Made by a program: the position numbers and the translations under genes
Assembly (NCBI GenBank): GCA_001564275.1
Contig: LKND01000004.1
Coordinates: 2,419-66,418, forward strand
Source of the DNA: Natrialbaceae archaeon Tc-Br11_E2g14
GTDB taxonomy: Archaea > Halobacteriota > Halobacteria > Halobacteriales > Natrialbaceae
Reading direction: 5' to 3'
DNA length: 64,000 nt
The notes under the pieces: generated by a model
Told to the model about the DNA's origin: nothing
Seen by the model: the letters and a program-made list of their open reading frames with translations, nothing else
The model's database searches: none
Shown here: in pieces, positions 38,525 through 48,883 of the stretch
How the letters are laid out: the number at the start of each line of letters is the position of its first letter
Numbering within the stretch: position 1 is the stretch's first letter

Positions 38525-40384
38525 TCAGGTAAAATCCACCGAAAACGATGGCCCGGACTCGTCGTCTCGTCGTCGCTCAGCCAGCGCGTCCTGGAGTCGT
38601 CGGCGGCTAACGCGGGCGACCTGACGACCGTCTTCAAGGTTCAGGTCGTAAACGGTGGGCGTCGTCCAGAGGAAGGTCTGGGAACTGGCGGTGTCGACGA
38701 CCACGGACGTGAGGCCGAGTCGCCGCTGGAAGATCGACCGGCGGTTGGAGATGGTCTGGATTCGGTAGTAGGGAATAATCGTCGTCCGGCGTTTCCAGAA
38801 CCCCCGTCGGATCACCAGGTGATCCCGACCAACGTAATAGCCCAGGTTCACGTACCGAAGGTGCGCTGCCGGCGGGACAGCGAGATACGCGAGGGCAGCC
38901 AGATACCAGTACTGCACGCCGACGAGCGTCGAGAATACGTAGGCAGCCACGAGCAAGCCGGTGGCCACGATCGAGTAGCGAGCGAGGTATCGTCGGCGAG
39001 CCAGCGACGGCGGGGAGTCGAATTTCGGCGTTTCGACACCCGTGAGGTTCTCGGCGAATCGGTGCACGCGACGGTCCTCGGCGAGGGGCACGGCTGAGGT
39101 ACTGCCGCTTCCGGAATCGGGGCCGTAACCGGCCGTTTCAACCCACATGCCGGCGTAGCCAATCGCTCGCTGGACGGGATTGTCGGTGATCGTCACCGAC
39201 TGGACTTTCTCCGAGGGAATCGACCCGCTGTATCGCTGGAGCAAGCCTCGCTCGTAGACGAAGTCCTCAGCCGCCCGGCCCAGGCGGAAATCGTAGTACG
39301 TTGCGAACGTGTAGGTGACGCTGACGAGGTAGGTGACGATCACCGCATTGACGGCCGAGACGATACCCAACACGAGATAACTCGTCGAAGTCCCCGTCGT
39401 GAGATCCTCGGGTCCACCGAAGGGCTCCGCGGTCGCCAGCAGGATCGCGATGGCCTGGTCGGTGAAGAAAAACACGAGCGCGAGCAGTCCGGCGAAGGCG
39501 GCCGCCCGAATCGTGGTCAGCGAGTAGAGGAGGAGTTCCTTCGCCTGCAGATCAAAGAGCAGGCTCGGGCTATCCTCCTCGAATGGGTCGGGTTCCAGCT
39601 CCGTTTCCGTCCCCAGCCCGGTTTCGGCGTCCTCGAGCGTGGATTCCCCCTCGAGGGGCTGTTGTGGCCCCACCATTGATTCGTCCGCTCGCTCCGGCTG
39701 ATCGTCAGTTTCGGCCCGCTCCGGGTCGAATTCCCGGCGCGATGGATCCCGTTCACCATCGACTGGCTCGGTCTCCGTCGACGCCGCAACTGCGTCCGCG
39801 TCAGGCGTTGGCGATCGGGTGGTCCCCTGGTCGGTCGCCTCGGACCTCGCCCGGGAACTCGAGGGCGGGGTGCCCGCCTGCCGTCGCGTCTTGACGGCAC
39901 GGGTGCGCCGTCTGATCTCCTGCTGGAGGCGTCGTGCCTCGGGTTCGCTCACGAAGTTGAGCTGGGCCTCGGTGGCGCCGCCCCCCGCGGTCTCGATGGA
40001 GACTGTCGCGAGGTCGAACAGCCGGTGGAAGACGCTCTGTCGAACGTCCACGTTTTGGATACGCCGGTAGGGAATCTCACGGGCGCGTCTGGAAAACACT
40101 CCGGAGCCCACGTCGACCGTGTCGTCGGTGAGGGCATAGCCGAACCGATAGTAGTAGGCGATTCCGTAGGCCACACCGAGTACCAGACCGACGGGCGCGA
40201 GGGTAACACTCCAGGTGATATCGATCAGGTCGAAGACGCCACTGAGAATCCCGACGAAGAAAAACGGGAGCGAGAGCCCAATCACTCCCGTTCGAAGGGA
40301 GATGACCATCGCGCTCAACGGATGGAGGCGATTCGACTGGCTGGGGTCACTCGCGGGCGATGAGGTCCTCGAGGGTCCGCTCAT
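38525..40384 (-). CDS. bPH_2-domain membrane protein (YdbT-like)
   Basis: Three IPYxRIQ/IPSEKVQ-type PH repeats separated by TM segments. Confidence 0.85.
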   Translation of the reverse strand: MSGPSRTSSPASDPSQSNRLHPLSAMVISLRTGVIGLSLPFFFVGILSGVFDLIDITWSVTLAPVGLVLGVAYGIAYYYRFGYALTDDTVDVGSGVFSRRAREIPYRRIQNVDVRQSVFHRLFDLATVSIETAGGGATEAQLNFVSEPEARRLQQEIRRRTRAVKTRRQAGTPPSSSRARSEATDQGTTRSPTPDADAVAASTETEPVDGERDPSRREFDPERAETDDQPERADESMVGPQQPLEGESTLEDAETGLGTETELEPDPFEEDSPSLLFDLQAKELLLYSLTTIRAAAFAGLLALVFFFTDQAIAILLATAEPFGGPEDLTTGTSTSYLVLGIVSAVNAVIVTYLVSVTYTFATYYDFRLGRAAEDFVYERGLLQRYSGSIPSEKVQSVTITDNPVQRAIGYAGMWVETAGYGPDSGSGSTSAVPLAEDRRVHRFAENLTGVETPKFDSPPSLARRRYLARYSIVATGLLVAAYVFSTLVGVQYWYLAALAYLAVPPAAHLRYVNLGYYVGRDHLVIRRGFWKRRTTIIPYYRIQTISNRRSIFQRRLGLTSVVVDTASSQTFLWTTPTVYDLNLEDGRQVARVSRRRLQDALAERRRDDESGPSFSVDFT

Positions 40385-40842
40385 ACCGCGTCGTCCGCCT
40401 CGCTCTCGACGGCCAGTTCACGGAGCGTATCCTGCAGGGCACGCGCCCGGTCGGGCGTCAATCCCGGCACACGAACGTCGGCGTTTCGGGAGCCCGCCGT
40501 GTAGACGACCACGCTCGAGAGCCCCAGTGCACGCTCGAGCGGCCCGAATTGAGTGTCCACGTGCTGGACCCGAACGAACGGGACGGCCGTTTCGACGAAG
40601 GTGATGACGCCACGCTCGAGATACAGGGCATCCTCCTCCAGCTCGAAGTGCCAGCGGCCGTAGAGGAGGATGGCGTAGGCCACGCCGGCGAGCAGGGCAA
40701 ACGCGACGATACCGACGATTGCGGGCGTGGGGATCGTGACGAGCCACTGATCGACTGCCGCGATCACCACCCCGATGACGGCCGCCGTCAGGATCCACTG
40801 GGCGATCCAGACGAGGCGAATTCGCGGATGCAACGACTCCAT
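40381..40842 (-). CDS. bPH_2-domain membrane protein (YdbS-like)
   Basis: Two TMs then VPFVRVQHVDTQFGPLER; ATGA overlap with the YdbT-like gene. Confidence 0.85.
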   Translation of the reverse strand: MESLHPRIRLVWIAQWILTAAVIGVVIAAVDQWLVTIPTPAIVGIVAFALLAGVAYAILLYGRWHFELEEDALYLERGVITFVETAVPFVRVQHVDTQFGPLERALGLSSVVVYTAGSRNADVRVPGLTPDRARALQDTLRELAVESEADDAV

Positions 40843-40942
40843 GCCTTTCAATCAGCAGGTCGAAAGGATAAAACTGCGGGTTATCGACACACGAAACCGC
40901 CGTGCGTACGGCGATCGTGGGTGGCCCGCCCTCGCTGGCCGG

Positions 40943-41200
40943 TCACGCTCCCTGGTGATCGTCGTACGCCTCAGGAGTGTACGTCGACAACTCCAGTGCG
41001 TGGATATCCGTCGTCATATGCTCGCCGAGGGCGTCGTACACCAGCTGGTGTTGCTGGACCAGCGGGAGTCCCTCGAAGGCGGGCGAGATGACCGTCGCGG
41101 TGAGGTGGTCGTCGTCGTGTTCGCCGCGGGCCCGGGCGACGGTTGCGGTCGCGTCCTCGAGTGCCGATTCGATGAGTGCCTCGACTTCGTCGGTGTCCAT
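40943..41200 (-). CDS. BolA family protein
   Basis: SPAFEGLPLVQQHQLVYDAL...IHALEL. Confidence 0.9.
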   Translation of the reverse strand: MDTDEVEALIESALEDATATVARARGEHDDDHLTATVISPAFEGLPLVQQHQLVYDALGEHMTTDIHALELSTYTPEAYDDHQGA

Positions 41201-41296
41201 ACCGACTCGTTGTAGGAGAACTGGCAAAACGTCGCCGGTTCGTCACGCAACTGTTCGTGCGGAACCCGTCGACCCCCTCGGTGACGTAGCTCGGGC

Positions 41297-42109
41297 TCAG
41301 CGGCGGACCGGCACGCCCCGATCCGCGAGGTACGCCTTGGTCTCCTCGATCGAGTACTCTCCGAAGTGAAAGATTGAGGCTGCGAGCCCGGCGTCTGCGT
41401 CTGCCTCGGTGAACACCTCGTACATGTCTTCGGGGCCCCCACAGCCCGAGGAGGCGATCACCGGCGTGTCCACAGCGTCGGTGATCGCCCGCATGAGTGG
41501 TATATCGTAGCCGTCTTTGGTCCCGTCGGCGTCGATGGAGTTGACGAACAACTCCCCCGCTCCGCGGGATTCGGCCTCGCTCGCCCAGGTGACCGCGTCG
41601 ATGCCCGTGCCCTCGCGACCACCCTTCTTCGTGCACTCGAACCAGCACGGCTCGCCGTCGATCTCGACGATGTGGTCACCATCCTCGTCGTACCGCCGGC
41701 GAGCGTCCACGCTGATGACGATGCACTGACTCCCGAAGGCGCGTGCCCCCTCGTTGATGAGCTCGGGGCGCTCGAGGGCTCCGGTCGTGATCGATACCTT
41801 GTCGGCCCCCGCGCGAAGCGTCTCGCGGATATCCTCGACGGTGCGGATGCCGCCGCCGACGGTGAGCGGAATAAAGACCTCGTCGGCGACCTGTTCGACG
41901 ACCGAGAGCATCGTTTCTCGTCCGTCCGCCGAGGCGGTGATGTCGAGGAAGACGAACTCGTCGGCCCCCGATTCGTTGTACGCCTTGGCCATCGCCACCG
42001 GATCGCCCGTGTACTCCAGGTCTTCGAAGTTGACGCCAGTGTAGACGGCGGGGGTTCCGTCCTCGTCGACGTCGACGTCGATACACGGTATAATGCGCTT
42101 GGTGAGCAT
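41297..42109 (-). CDS. hisF: Imidazole glycerol phosphate synthase cyclase subunit
   Basis: [26 protein letters not shown] and AASIFH. Confidence 0.95.
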   Translation of the reverse strand: MLTKRIIPCIDVDVDEDGTPAVYTGVNFEDLEYTGDPVAMAKAYNESGADEFVFLDITASADGRETMLSVVEQVADEVFIPLTVGGGIRTVEDIRETLRAGADKVSITTGALERPELINEGARAFGSQCIVISVDARRRYDEDGDHIVEIDGEPCWFECTKKGGREGTGIDAVTWASEAESRGAGELFVNSIDADGTKDGYDIPLMRAITDAVDTPVIASSGCGGPEDMYEVFTEADADAGLAASIFHFGEYSIEETKAYLADRGVPVRR

Positions 42110-42256
42110 CTGTACAGCAGTTGGGGGCACCGTCGCTTGACCGTTTCGACAGCGACGCCCACAGGAGCGCCCAATGCGGGACAATCCTCGAGCGGCGAGC
42201 GCCTCGCAGCTTCTTCTAACCAAAACTACAGGTGCTCGCGAGCCGAGAATCGGGAC

Positions 42257-43843
42257 ATGTCACGGACGAGTGGATCCCGAATCGTCGAGGAGACGACGCT
42301 CGAGCGCGAACGCCTCGAACAACTCGCCGCTCGCATCGAGGCTGGCGACGAGAGACCGTCGCTCGAGGTTCGGACCCCGTTCACCGACGAACCGGTCGGG
42401 TCGATCCCGGCCTGTACGCCCGACGACGTCGCGGGCGTGGTCGACCGTGCTCGGTCGGCCCAGGCCGACTGGGGACGGGCGACGGTCGACCAGCGGGCGG
42501 CGATCCTCGAGCGAGTTGGCGACCTCGTATTGAATCGCCGTGGGGAGTTGCTCGACGTGGTGCAACTCGAAACGGGGAAATCCCGCCACCACGCTCTCGA
42601 GGAGGTACTCGACGTTCCGCTAACATGTTCGTACTACGCGTCGAACGGGGCCGCGATACTCGCGGACGCGGACCGGTCGGGTGCGATGCCCCTGGTCTCG
42701 GATGCGACGGTCACCTACGATCCCGTCGGTGTCGTCGGCGTGATCTCTCCCTGGAACTACCCATTGACGCTTGCGATGACCGACGCGATCCCTGCCCTGC
42801 TCGCTGGCAACGCCGTCGTCTGTAAACCCGACGAGCGCACGTCGTATATCGCGCTGGCGCTCGCGGACCTCTTCGAGCAGGCCGGGCTCCCGGAAGACCT
42901 CTTCCAGATCGTAACCGGAAACGGAGCGACGGTCGGTCCCGCGCTGCTCGACGAAGTCGACCACGTGGCCTTTACCGGCGGCACCGAGACGGGCCGGACG
43001 GTCGCCGAGCAGGCCGGTCGGAACCTGATCGACTGCTCGCTCGAACTCGGCGGGAAGAACCCGATGCTCGTCCTCGACGACGCCGACACCGAGACGGCGG
43101 CTCGCGGCGCGGCCAAGGGTGCGTTCACCAACGCAGGGCAACTCTGTCTCGCTCCCGAACGGATCTACGTCGACGAACGACGGTACGACGGGTTCGTGGA
43201 CGCCTTCGTCGGCGCCACGCGGCGTCTCGAGTGCGGCCTCGAGTTCGACTACGGCCCCGATGTCGGCTCGCTGATCGACGGCGATCACCTCGACGTCGTC
43301 CGCGGGCACGTCGAGAGCGCAGTCGCGGACGGTGCATCGCTGCTCTCGGGTGGCCGTGCTCGTCCCGATATCGGCCCGTTCTGTTACGAACCGACGATTC
43401 TGACCGACGTCGACCCTGACTCGCGGGTCGCCTGCGAGGAGACGTTCGGTCCCGTCGTCTCCGTCTACCCGGTCTCGGGCGTCGAGGAAGCGATCGAGCG
43501 GGCGAACGACTCCGAGTACGGATTGAACGCCAGCGTCTGGACGAGCGACCGCGAGCGCGGTCGGGCGGTCGCCCGCAAGATCGACTGTGGCACCGTCTGT
43601 GTCAACGACCCATACACCGTCGGCTGGGCGGCGACGGACGCCCCCATGGGCGGCTTTGGCGACTCGGGACTCGGCCGCCGTCACGGTCCCGAGGGACTCC
43701 GGCGATACGTCGACACCCGGACGATCGCGACCTCGCGAATCGGCCCGCTCGACGCACCGCCGGGCGTCTCGCCGCACTGGTTCGCACGCTTCATGATCGG
43801 ACTGACGAAGGTACAACGCCGACTCACCAGGTGGTTGCCGTGA
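42257..43843 (+). CDS. NAD(P)-dependent aldehyde dehydrogenase (SSADH-like)
   Basis: [22 protein letters not shown] and EETFGP. Confidence 0.92.
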   Translation: MSRTSGSRIVEETTLERERLEQLAARIEAGDERPSLEVRTPFTDEPVGSIPACTPDDVAGVVDRARSAQADWGRATVDQRAAILERVGDLVLNRRGELLDVVQLETGKSRHHALEEVLDVPLTCSYYASNGAAILADADRSGAMPLVSDATVTYDPVGVVGVISPWNYPLTLAMTDAIPALLAGNAVVCKPDERTSYIALALADLFEQAGLPEDLFQIVTGNGATVGPALLDEVDHVAFTGGTETGRTVAEQAGRNLIDCSLELGGKNPMLVLDDADTETAARGAAKGAFTNAGQLCLAPERIYVDERRYDGFVDAFVGATRRLECGLEFDYGPDVGSLIDGDHLDVVRGHVESAVADGASLLSGGRARPDIGPFCYEPTILTDVDPDSRVACEETFGPVVSVYPVSGVEEAIERANDSEYGLNASVWTSDRERGRAVARKIDCGTVCVNDPYTVGWAATDAPMGGFGDSGLGRRHGPEGLRRYVDTRTIATSRIGPLDAPPGVSPHWFARFMIGLTKVQRRLTRWLP

Positions 43844-44919
43844 GCGACGGCGCGGTTTTCCTCACGGGCTATCCTGGCTTTCTCGGCTCAGCACTGCTCG
43901 AGCGCGTCCTCGCCCGCGGCGACGGGCCGGTCGCCTGTCTGGTCCAGCCCAGGTACCTCGAGACCGCACGCCGGCGAGCGCGGGAGATTACCGCCGGAAT
44001 CGACGGGGTCACCGACGACGCGGTTCGGCTCTACGAGGGCGACATTACCGAACCCGACCTCGGACTGTGCGAAGGGTCCCTCGAGAGCGTTCGCGAACTC
44101 TACCACCTCGCGGCGGTCTACGACCTCGCCGTCGACCGCGAGCTGGCGGAAGCGGTCAACGTCCGGGGCACCAAACACGTCCTCGAGTTTGCCGCGGACC
44201 GCGAGGTGGATCGGTTCCACTACGTCAGCACCTGTTACGTCAGCGGTCGGTACGATGGCGTGTTCACCGAGGATCACTTGCAGGAGGGACAGACGTTCAA
44301 CAACCACTACGAGGAAACCAAGTACCGTGCGGAGGTCGCGGTTCAGGATCGAATAGCGGCCGGCCTGCCCGCGACGATCTACCGACCCGCCATCGTCGTC
44401 GGCGACAGCCGGACGGGCGAGACCGACAAGTACGACGGCCCCTACTATCTGCTCCGTCTGTTGTTGACCCAACCAGCGTGGCTCTCGGTGACGTTCACGC
44501 TGCCGGGCTCGAGCAACGCCGAAGTGAACGTCGTTCCCAGCGACTACGTCGTCGACGCAATTGCCCACCTCAGCGCCCGCGAGGGGACCTGCGGCGAGGT
44601 CTATCAGCTCTGTGATCCCACGCCGTTGCCCGTCGGGCGGTTCGTCGACGTTCTCGCCGAGGCCGTCGGCCATCGCACTGTCACGCTGCCGACGACGAAA
44701 CCGATCGCCCGAGCGGTATCGAACCGGCTCTCGTCGTCGCTGCCGCTCGAACCCGCAACCCTCGACTACCTCGACCAGCCGACGCGGTACGCCTGTCCGA
44801 AGACGCGGCGAGCACTCGAGGGAAGCGGGATCCAGGTCCCACCGTTCGAGTCCTACGTCGATCGGCTCGTCGACTATGTACTCGAGAATCCAGTCGTCCG
44901 CGACGGGCCGATGGTCTAG
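43840..44919 (+). CDS. Extended SDR (thioester/fatty-acyl-CoA-reductase-like NAD-binding domain)
   Basis: LTGYPGFLG, YVST, YEETK and IYRPAIVVG; GTGA overlap with the ALDH gene. Confidence 0.85.
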   Translation: MSDGAVFLTGYPGFLGSALLERVLARGDGPVACLVQPRYLETARRRAREITAGIDGVTDDAVRLYEGDITEPDLGLCEGSLESVRELYHLAAVYDLAVDRELAEAVNVRGTKHVLEFAADREVDRFHYVSTCYVSGRYDGVFTEDHLQEGQTFNNHYEETKYRAEVAVQDRIAAGLPATIYRPAIVVGDSRTGETDKYDGPYYLLRLLLTQPAWLSVTFTLPGSSNAEVNVVPSDYVVDAIAHLSAREGTCGEVYQLCDPTPLPVGRFVDVLAEAVGHRTVTLPTTKPIARAVSNRLSSSLPLEPATLDYLDQPTRYACPKTRRALEGSGIQVPPFESYVDRLVDYVLENPVVRDGPMV

Positions 44920-45134
44920 CTGGAGTGTCGAGGGACGCTACGGACGTGAATGTGCAATTACTAATCTGTTGTGAGCCGCCTCGGGATCGAGCCCCGAGGC
45001 ACTCGGCGTGTCTTTCCTGTAGAGGTCACCAGAGCCGATACTCGGGATAGTGTTGCCCGGGTTCGGGACCCCCTCGAGCAGGCCCCATGGTGGCGATAGC
45101 AGCGTTTAAGTCGCCCAGTTCGAAACGTCCGTGT

Positions 45135-45320
45135 ATGGTAGCAGATACGGACGATGGCCACGGCGATGACGCGGCGGTCCCGGAAGGCGACGACCCGGCT
45201 GCAACACGGACGACTGCCCCGATGAGTGAGTTCAGCGTTCGCGACGCCGCCTTCGGCTTCGTCGTGATGGTGGTCGGTGTCGTCCTGACGTTCGGTGTGC
45301 CTCTAGCCGTCTCCTTCTGA
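45135..45320 (+). CDS. Small single-TM haloarchaeal protein
   Basis: RTTAPMSEF followed by a hydrophobic C-terminal helix; TTTAA TATA box upstream. Confidence 0.65.
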   Translation: MVADTDDGHGDDAAVPEGDDPAATRTTAPMSEFSVRDAAFGFVVMVVGVVLTFGVPLAVSF

Positions 45321-45529
45321 CCGAATCGTCGTATCGTCCCAACCGAGACGGGTCGCAGTCGGTTGTTGCCCGTGATTGTCGACCCAGTTTGGGTACCCCT
45401 CGGGAAGCAAGGATACTCACCCGCGTGAACCGAATCGGCGAGCGTGCCAGCTCGGAAACGGCGAAAACTCGATGATGAGCCAGGTGTCGTAGAGGGAGGC
45501 TCGATGACGTTGGTGGCGTCGGTACACAA

Positions 45530-45652
45530 CTATAGTACCAAATGAAACGATTTACACACCCTCACAGCGAGTCGGCTCAGAACCGGTTTGTGACCGGTTC
45601 TGCGCCGTGGTCTCGTGAAGGTGCGTGCAATGACGCTCAGTGGTTACCATAG
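45530..45652 (+). mobile_element. Palindromic MITE-like repeat, copy 4
   Basis: CTATAGTACCA...TGGTTACCATAG; central CAGAACCGG-N7-CCGGTTCTG. Confidence 0.8.
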
Positions 45653-45923
45653 CTTCAAACCCACGAGCGGGCGTTTCACGTGCTGTCCGATCCCTTTGCC
45701 ACTCTACGGTTCTCGCCCTGGGCGGAACGGGCAACGCAGTAGTGACTCCCACATGGGAGCCGTTGGACCCCCCTCACTCGAGAAAGACACAGCGGTAGCT
45801 CATCGTCGGTGGACGAGCAAACGATCGAGTTCACGCAGCGCGAGAACCATCGGGGCTGTCGTCTCACTGTACCGCGCGCCGAACGGGGCGAGCCGTCACG
45901 GGTCGGTGACGACACCAACGCTC

Positions 45924-46136
45924 TCAGAAGACGTACTCGTCGTCGTGTCCCATCATCCCGTCGTTCTCGAGGCCCGCGTCCTCCTCGTCCATCGGGCCAC
46001 TCGTCTTGTACGCCTTGATCCCCGTCGAGAGCAGATCCTCGATCGCCTCCTCGCGGTTGACGAACTCGCCGCGTTCGACCATCTGGGCGATCTGCATCTC
46101 GAGATGTTCGGGTATCGTGATCTCTACTTTCGGCAT
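45924..46136 (-). CDS. Ribbon-helix-helix (CopG-like) protein
   Basis: MPKVEITIP...GEFVNREEAIEDLL RHH pattern. Confidence 0.85.
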   Translation of the reverse strand: MPKVEITIPEHLEMQIAQMVERGEFVNREEAIEDLLSTGIKAYKTSGPMDEEDAGLENDGMMGHDDEYVF

Positions 46137-46278
46137 CTGATTCGGGTTTCGGTGAGGGGGTATTTAAGATTGTTGGGGCCGGTCCTTTCGTGAGTCAACC
46201 TTCGCGTCACGGCAGCCGCTCGAGGGAAGACTGGGCGTCCCGACGGGCACGGAAGCGACAGGAAAAAGTATCGCGGCG

Positions 46279-46572
46279 CTATCGAACCATCGACTCGATC
46301 GTATCCTTGATCGTCGAGGCCGGCCGAGTGAGGGTGTCGAGTTGCTGTCGAATCTTCCGCCCGTTCAGATAGCTCGCAAAGGACAGGATGGTCGGTGCCC
46401 ACAGGCCGACGAACAGCCCCCGCTGGCGGTCTCCCTTGAGGAAATAGTAATACAATGCGAGTCCGACCGAGGCGACTGACGCGATGCCGGCCGGCCCGAT
46501 CGGCTGTTCGTCGCCATCCATTCGTCGCTCGGTGCTCCGCTCTTCCTCCGCGAATCGCTGTTTACTCGCCAT
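46279..46572 (-). CDS. Small membrane protein
   Basis: SVGLALYYYF...GLFVGLWAPTILSFASY two-helix segment. Confidence 0.65.
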   Translation of the reverse strand: MASKQRFAEEERSTERRMDGDEQPIGPAGIASVASVGLALYYYFLKGDRQRGLFVGLWAPTILSFASYLNGRKIRQQLDTLTRPASTIKDTIESMVR

Positions 46573-46749
46573 GCGGCTACCACTCTCGCCGGAGGCAAAC
46601 TTGAGGCTGGACCCTGAATGTGCAAGGTCCGCCAGAGAGGCCCTCACGGGTCGAACCTGACTCCAACGTGTCTGTTCGAAGACGAGCGCTCCGGCGAGTC
46701 CCTCGAGCACAAACGGTACGATTACAGTCGCCGCGACCAACGAGTAGGT

Positions 46750-47340
46750 ATGAAAGACGTGACGGATCTCTATCGCGAGTTTGGCGAAGATCGCCTCCCG
46801 CCGGGCCAGCGTGAAACGTCGAAGTTCCCCGTCCTCTCGAAGAGTGGGACCCCGACCTGGGACCCCGACACCTGGGAGTTCAGCGTCACCGGTGCGGTCG
46901 AGAACCCACTCTCACTCTCCTGGGCGGAATTTCGTGACCTGCCCTCGGAAACACAGCAACAGGACTTCCACTGCGTCACCGGCTGGAGCAAGTTCGACTG
47001 CACCTTCACGGGCGTTCCGTTACCCGAACTAGCCGAGCGGGCGGGCGTGCGAGACGACGTCGTTCACGTTATGTTCACCGCCCTGGACGATTACACCACG
47101 GACCTGCCGCTCGAGGACTGCCTGCGCGAGGAGGTGCTGTTTGCGTGGGACTTCGACGGCGAACCCCTGCCCCGCGACCACGGCGGCCCGCTTCGGGTCG
47201 TCACGCCCCACCGATACGCCTACAAGGGGGCCAAGTGGGTGAACGGCATCGAGTTCCTCACGGAACCGGAACTCGGTTACTGGGAACGGCGTGGCTACTC
47301 CGAGACTGCAAACCCCTGGAAGGAAGAGCGGTACAGCTAG
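46750..47340 (+). CDS. Sulfite-oxidase-like molybdopterin oxidoreductase
   Basis: DFHCVTGWS, HGGPLRVV, YKGAKWV and GYWERRGY. Confidence 0.88.
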   Translation: MKDVTDLYREFGEDRLPPGQRETSKFPVLSKSGTPTWDPDTWEFSVTGAVENPLSLSWAEFRDLPSETQQQDFHCVTGWSKFDCTFTGVPLPELAERAGVRDDVVHVMFTALDDYTTDLPLEDCLREEVLFAWDFDGEPLPRDHGGPLRVVTPHRYAYKGAKWVNGIEFLTEPELGYWERRGYSETANPWKEERYS

Positions 47341-47521
47341 ATCGCGCCGATTGAGGGATCACTCGGTCATCGAATGCCGGATGCGGACCCTGCCTGTCTG
47401 ATGTGGAGTCAAACTACCCAATGTGGATCCCAACAGCTCAACGCGAACCCAGACTGTCACACTCGAGCCCAGCGCGGGAACTGCCTCGAAACCCTGAAGG
47501 CATCGCCACCCCGAACTGGCG

Positions 47522-48883
47522 TTGATGGATCGACCGTCGGGACAGGGACGAACTGGTGTCGGTGTCGACGTGCCCACCGAGCGTGTCGACGGTCGACTGG
47601 TCGCCACCGCACGCAAGATCGGTGACGTCTCCTTCGGCGACGTCCTCCAGCGTGCGAATGGCACGCGCGTGCAGTGGACGACACCCGACGGCCTCGAGAT
47701 CGTCGGCTGGGGTGAACAGGTGCGTCTGATCGGAACTGGCCCGAATCGGTTCTCGGAACTCCGCACTCGGTCCCAGGAGGTCTTTGAGAGCCTCGAGTAC
47801 GACGGGCCGGCGATCGCCCGACCCCGCGCGTTCGGTGGCTTCTCCTTTCACGACGAACACCAGCCTCGAGGCCCGTGGGCCGGCTTCGGTGCCGCCTCCT
47901 TCGTCGTCCCGACGGTGACGATCACGAGAACGGAAGACGCAACGTGGCTCACGACGACCGACCCGACCGAAGCCGGGGCCATGGCGCGCCTCGAGGAGTG
48001 GGACGAACGGCTCAGGGGTGGCCCGGCCATGCGCTCGAGCGGCACCGGCCCGGGGATCAGGACCACCGAGCGGACGACCACCCGCGACGACTGGATCGAC
48101 GGCGTCGAAACCGCCATCGACCGCATCGAGCGTGGGCTCCTCGAGAAGGTCGTCATCGCGCAGGCCCTCGACGTGACGCTCGCGGAGGCAATCGACGTTC
48201 CCGCCACTGTGGAGCGACTCCGGCGGCGATACCCCAACTGCTACCGGTTCCTGTACCGCGACGGAGAGAGCGGAACGTTCTTCGGCGCACCGCCGGAACG
48301 ATTGGTCCGCAAGACGGGCCAACACGTTCGGACGGAGGCTCTCGCGGGATCGGTTCCCCGCGGTGGGTCGCCAGAAACCGACGACGACCTCGCCGCCCAG
48401 TTGACCGAGAGCCAAAAAGTCGATCACGAACACGGTGTCGTGGTGGACTCGATCTGTACCCAACTCGAGGCGATCACCAGCGAAGTGAGGGTCCGCGACC
48501 GTCGGGTGAAACGACTGGCGACGATCCAGCACCTGTGGACGCCGATCGAGGCCACCCTCGACGACGGTCAACACGTCCTCGACCTGGTCGAGGCGTTACA
48601 CCCGACGCCCGCAGTCGGCGGGATTCCACCTGCCGCCGCCTGGGAGACGATTCGCGACATCGAGACGTTCGATCGCGGGTGGTACGCCGCGCCAGTCGGC
48701 TGGTTCGATGCGGATGGTGACGGCGAGTTCGCGGTGGGCATCAGATCCGGGGTGGCCACCGACCGGGCCGTGACGCTGTTCGCGGGCAACGGCATCGTCG
48801 CCGACAGCGATCCCGCCGACGAGTGGGACGAGGTATTGCTCAAGTACCGACCGATCCTCGACGAACTCCGCGCCGACCGATGA
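47522..48883 (+). CDS. menF: Isochorismate synthase
   Basis: KVVIA, GAPPERL, EALAGS, HPTPAVGG and GNGIV; adjacent to menD. Confidence 0.9.
   Translation: MMDRPSGQGRTGVGVDVPTERVDGRLVATARKIGDVSFGDVLQRANGTRVQWTTPDGLEIVGWGEQVRLIGTGPNRFSELRTRSQEVFESLEYDGPAIARPRAFGGFSFHDEHQPRGPWAGFGAASFVVPTVTITRTEDATWLTTTDPTEAGAMARLEEWDERLRGGPAMRSSGTGPGIRTTERTTTRDDWIDGVETAIDRIERGLLEKVVIAQALDVTLAEAIDVPATVERLRRRYPNCYRFLYRDGESGTFFGAPPERLVRKTGQHVRTEALAGSVPRGGSPETDDDLAAQLTESQKVDHEHGVVVDSICTQLEAITSEVRVRDRRVKRLATIQHLWTPIEATLDDGQHVLDLVEALHPTPAVGGIPPAAAWETIRDIETFDRGWYAAPVGWFDADGDGEFAVGIRSGVATDRAVTLFAGNGIVADSDPADEWDEVLLKYRPILDELRADR

Noticed and set aside
44978-45000. GC hairpin GCCTCGGG-N7-CCCGAGGC after the SDR gene
   Set aside because: Single 8-bp stem with no U-tract; expected by chance in GC-rich DNA.
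45924-46136. RHH protein as the cell-division regulator CdrS
   Set aside because: No adjacent ftsZ or cdrL, and the N-terminus differs from the CdrS pattern; left as a generic RHH.
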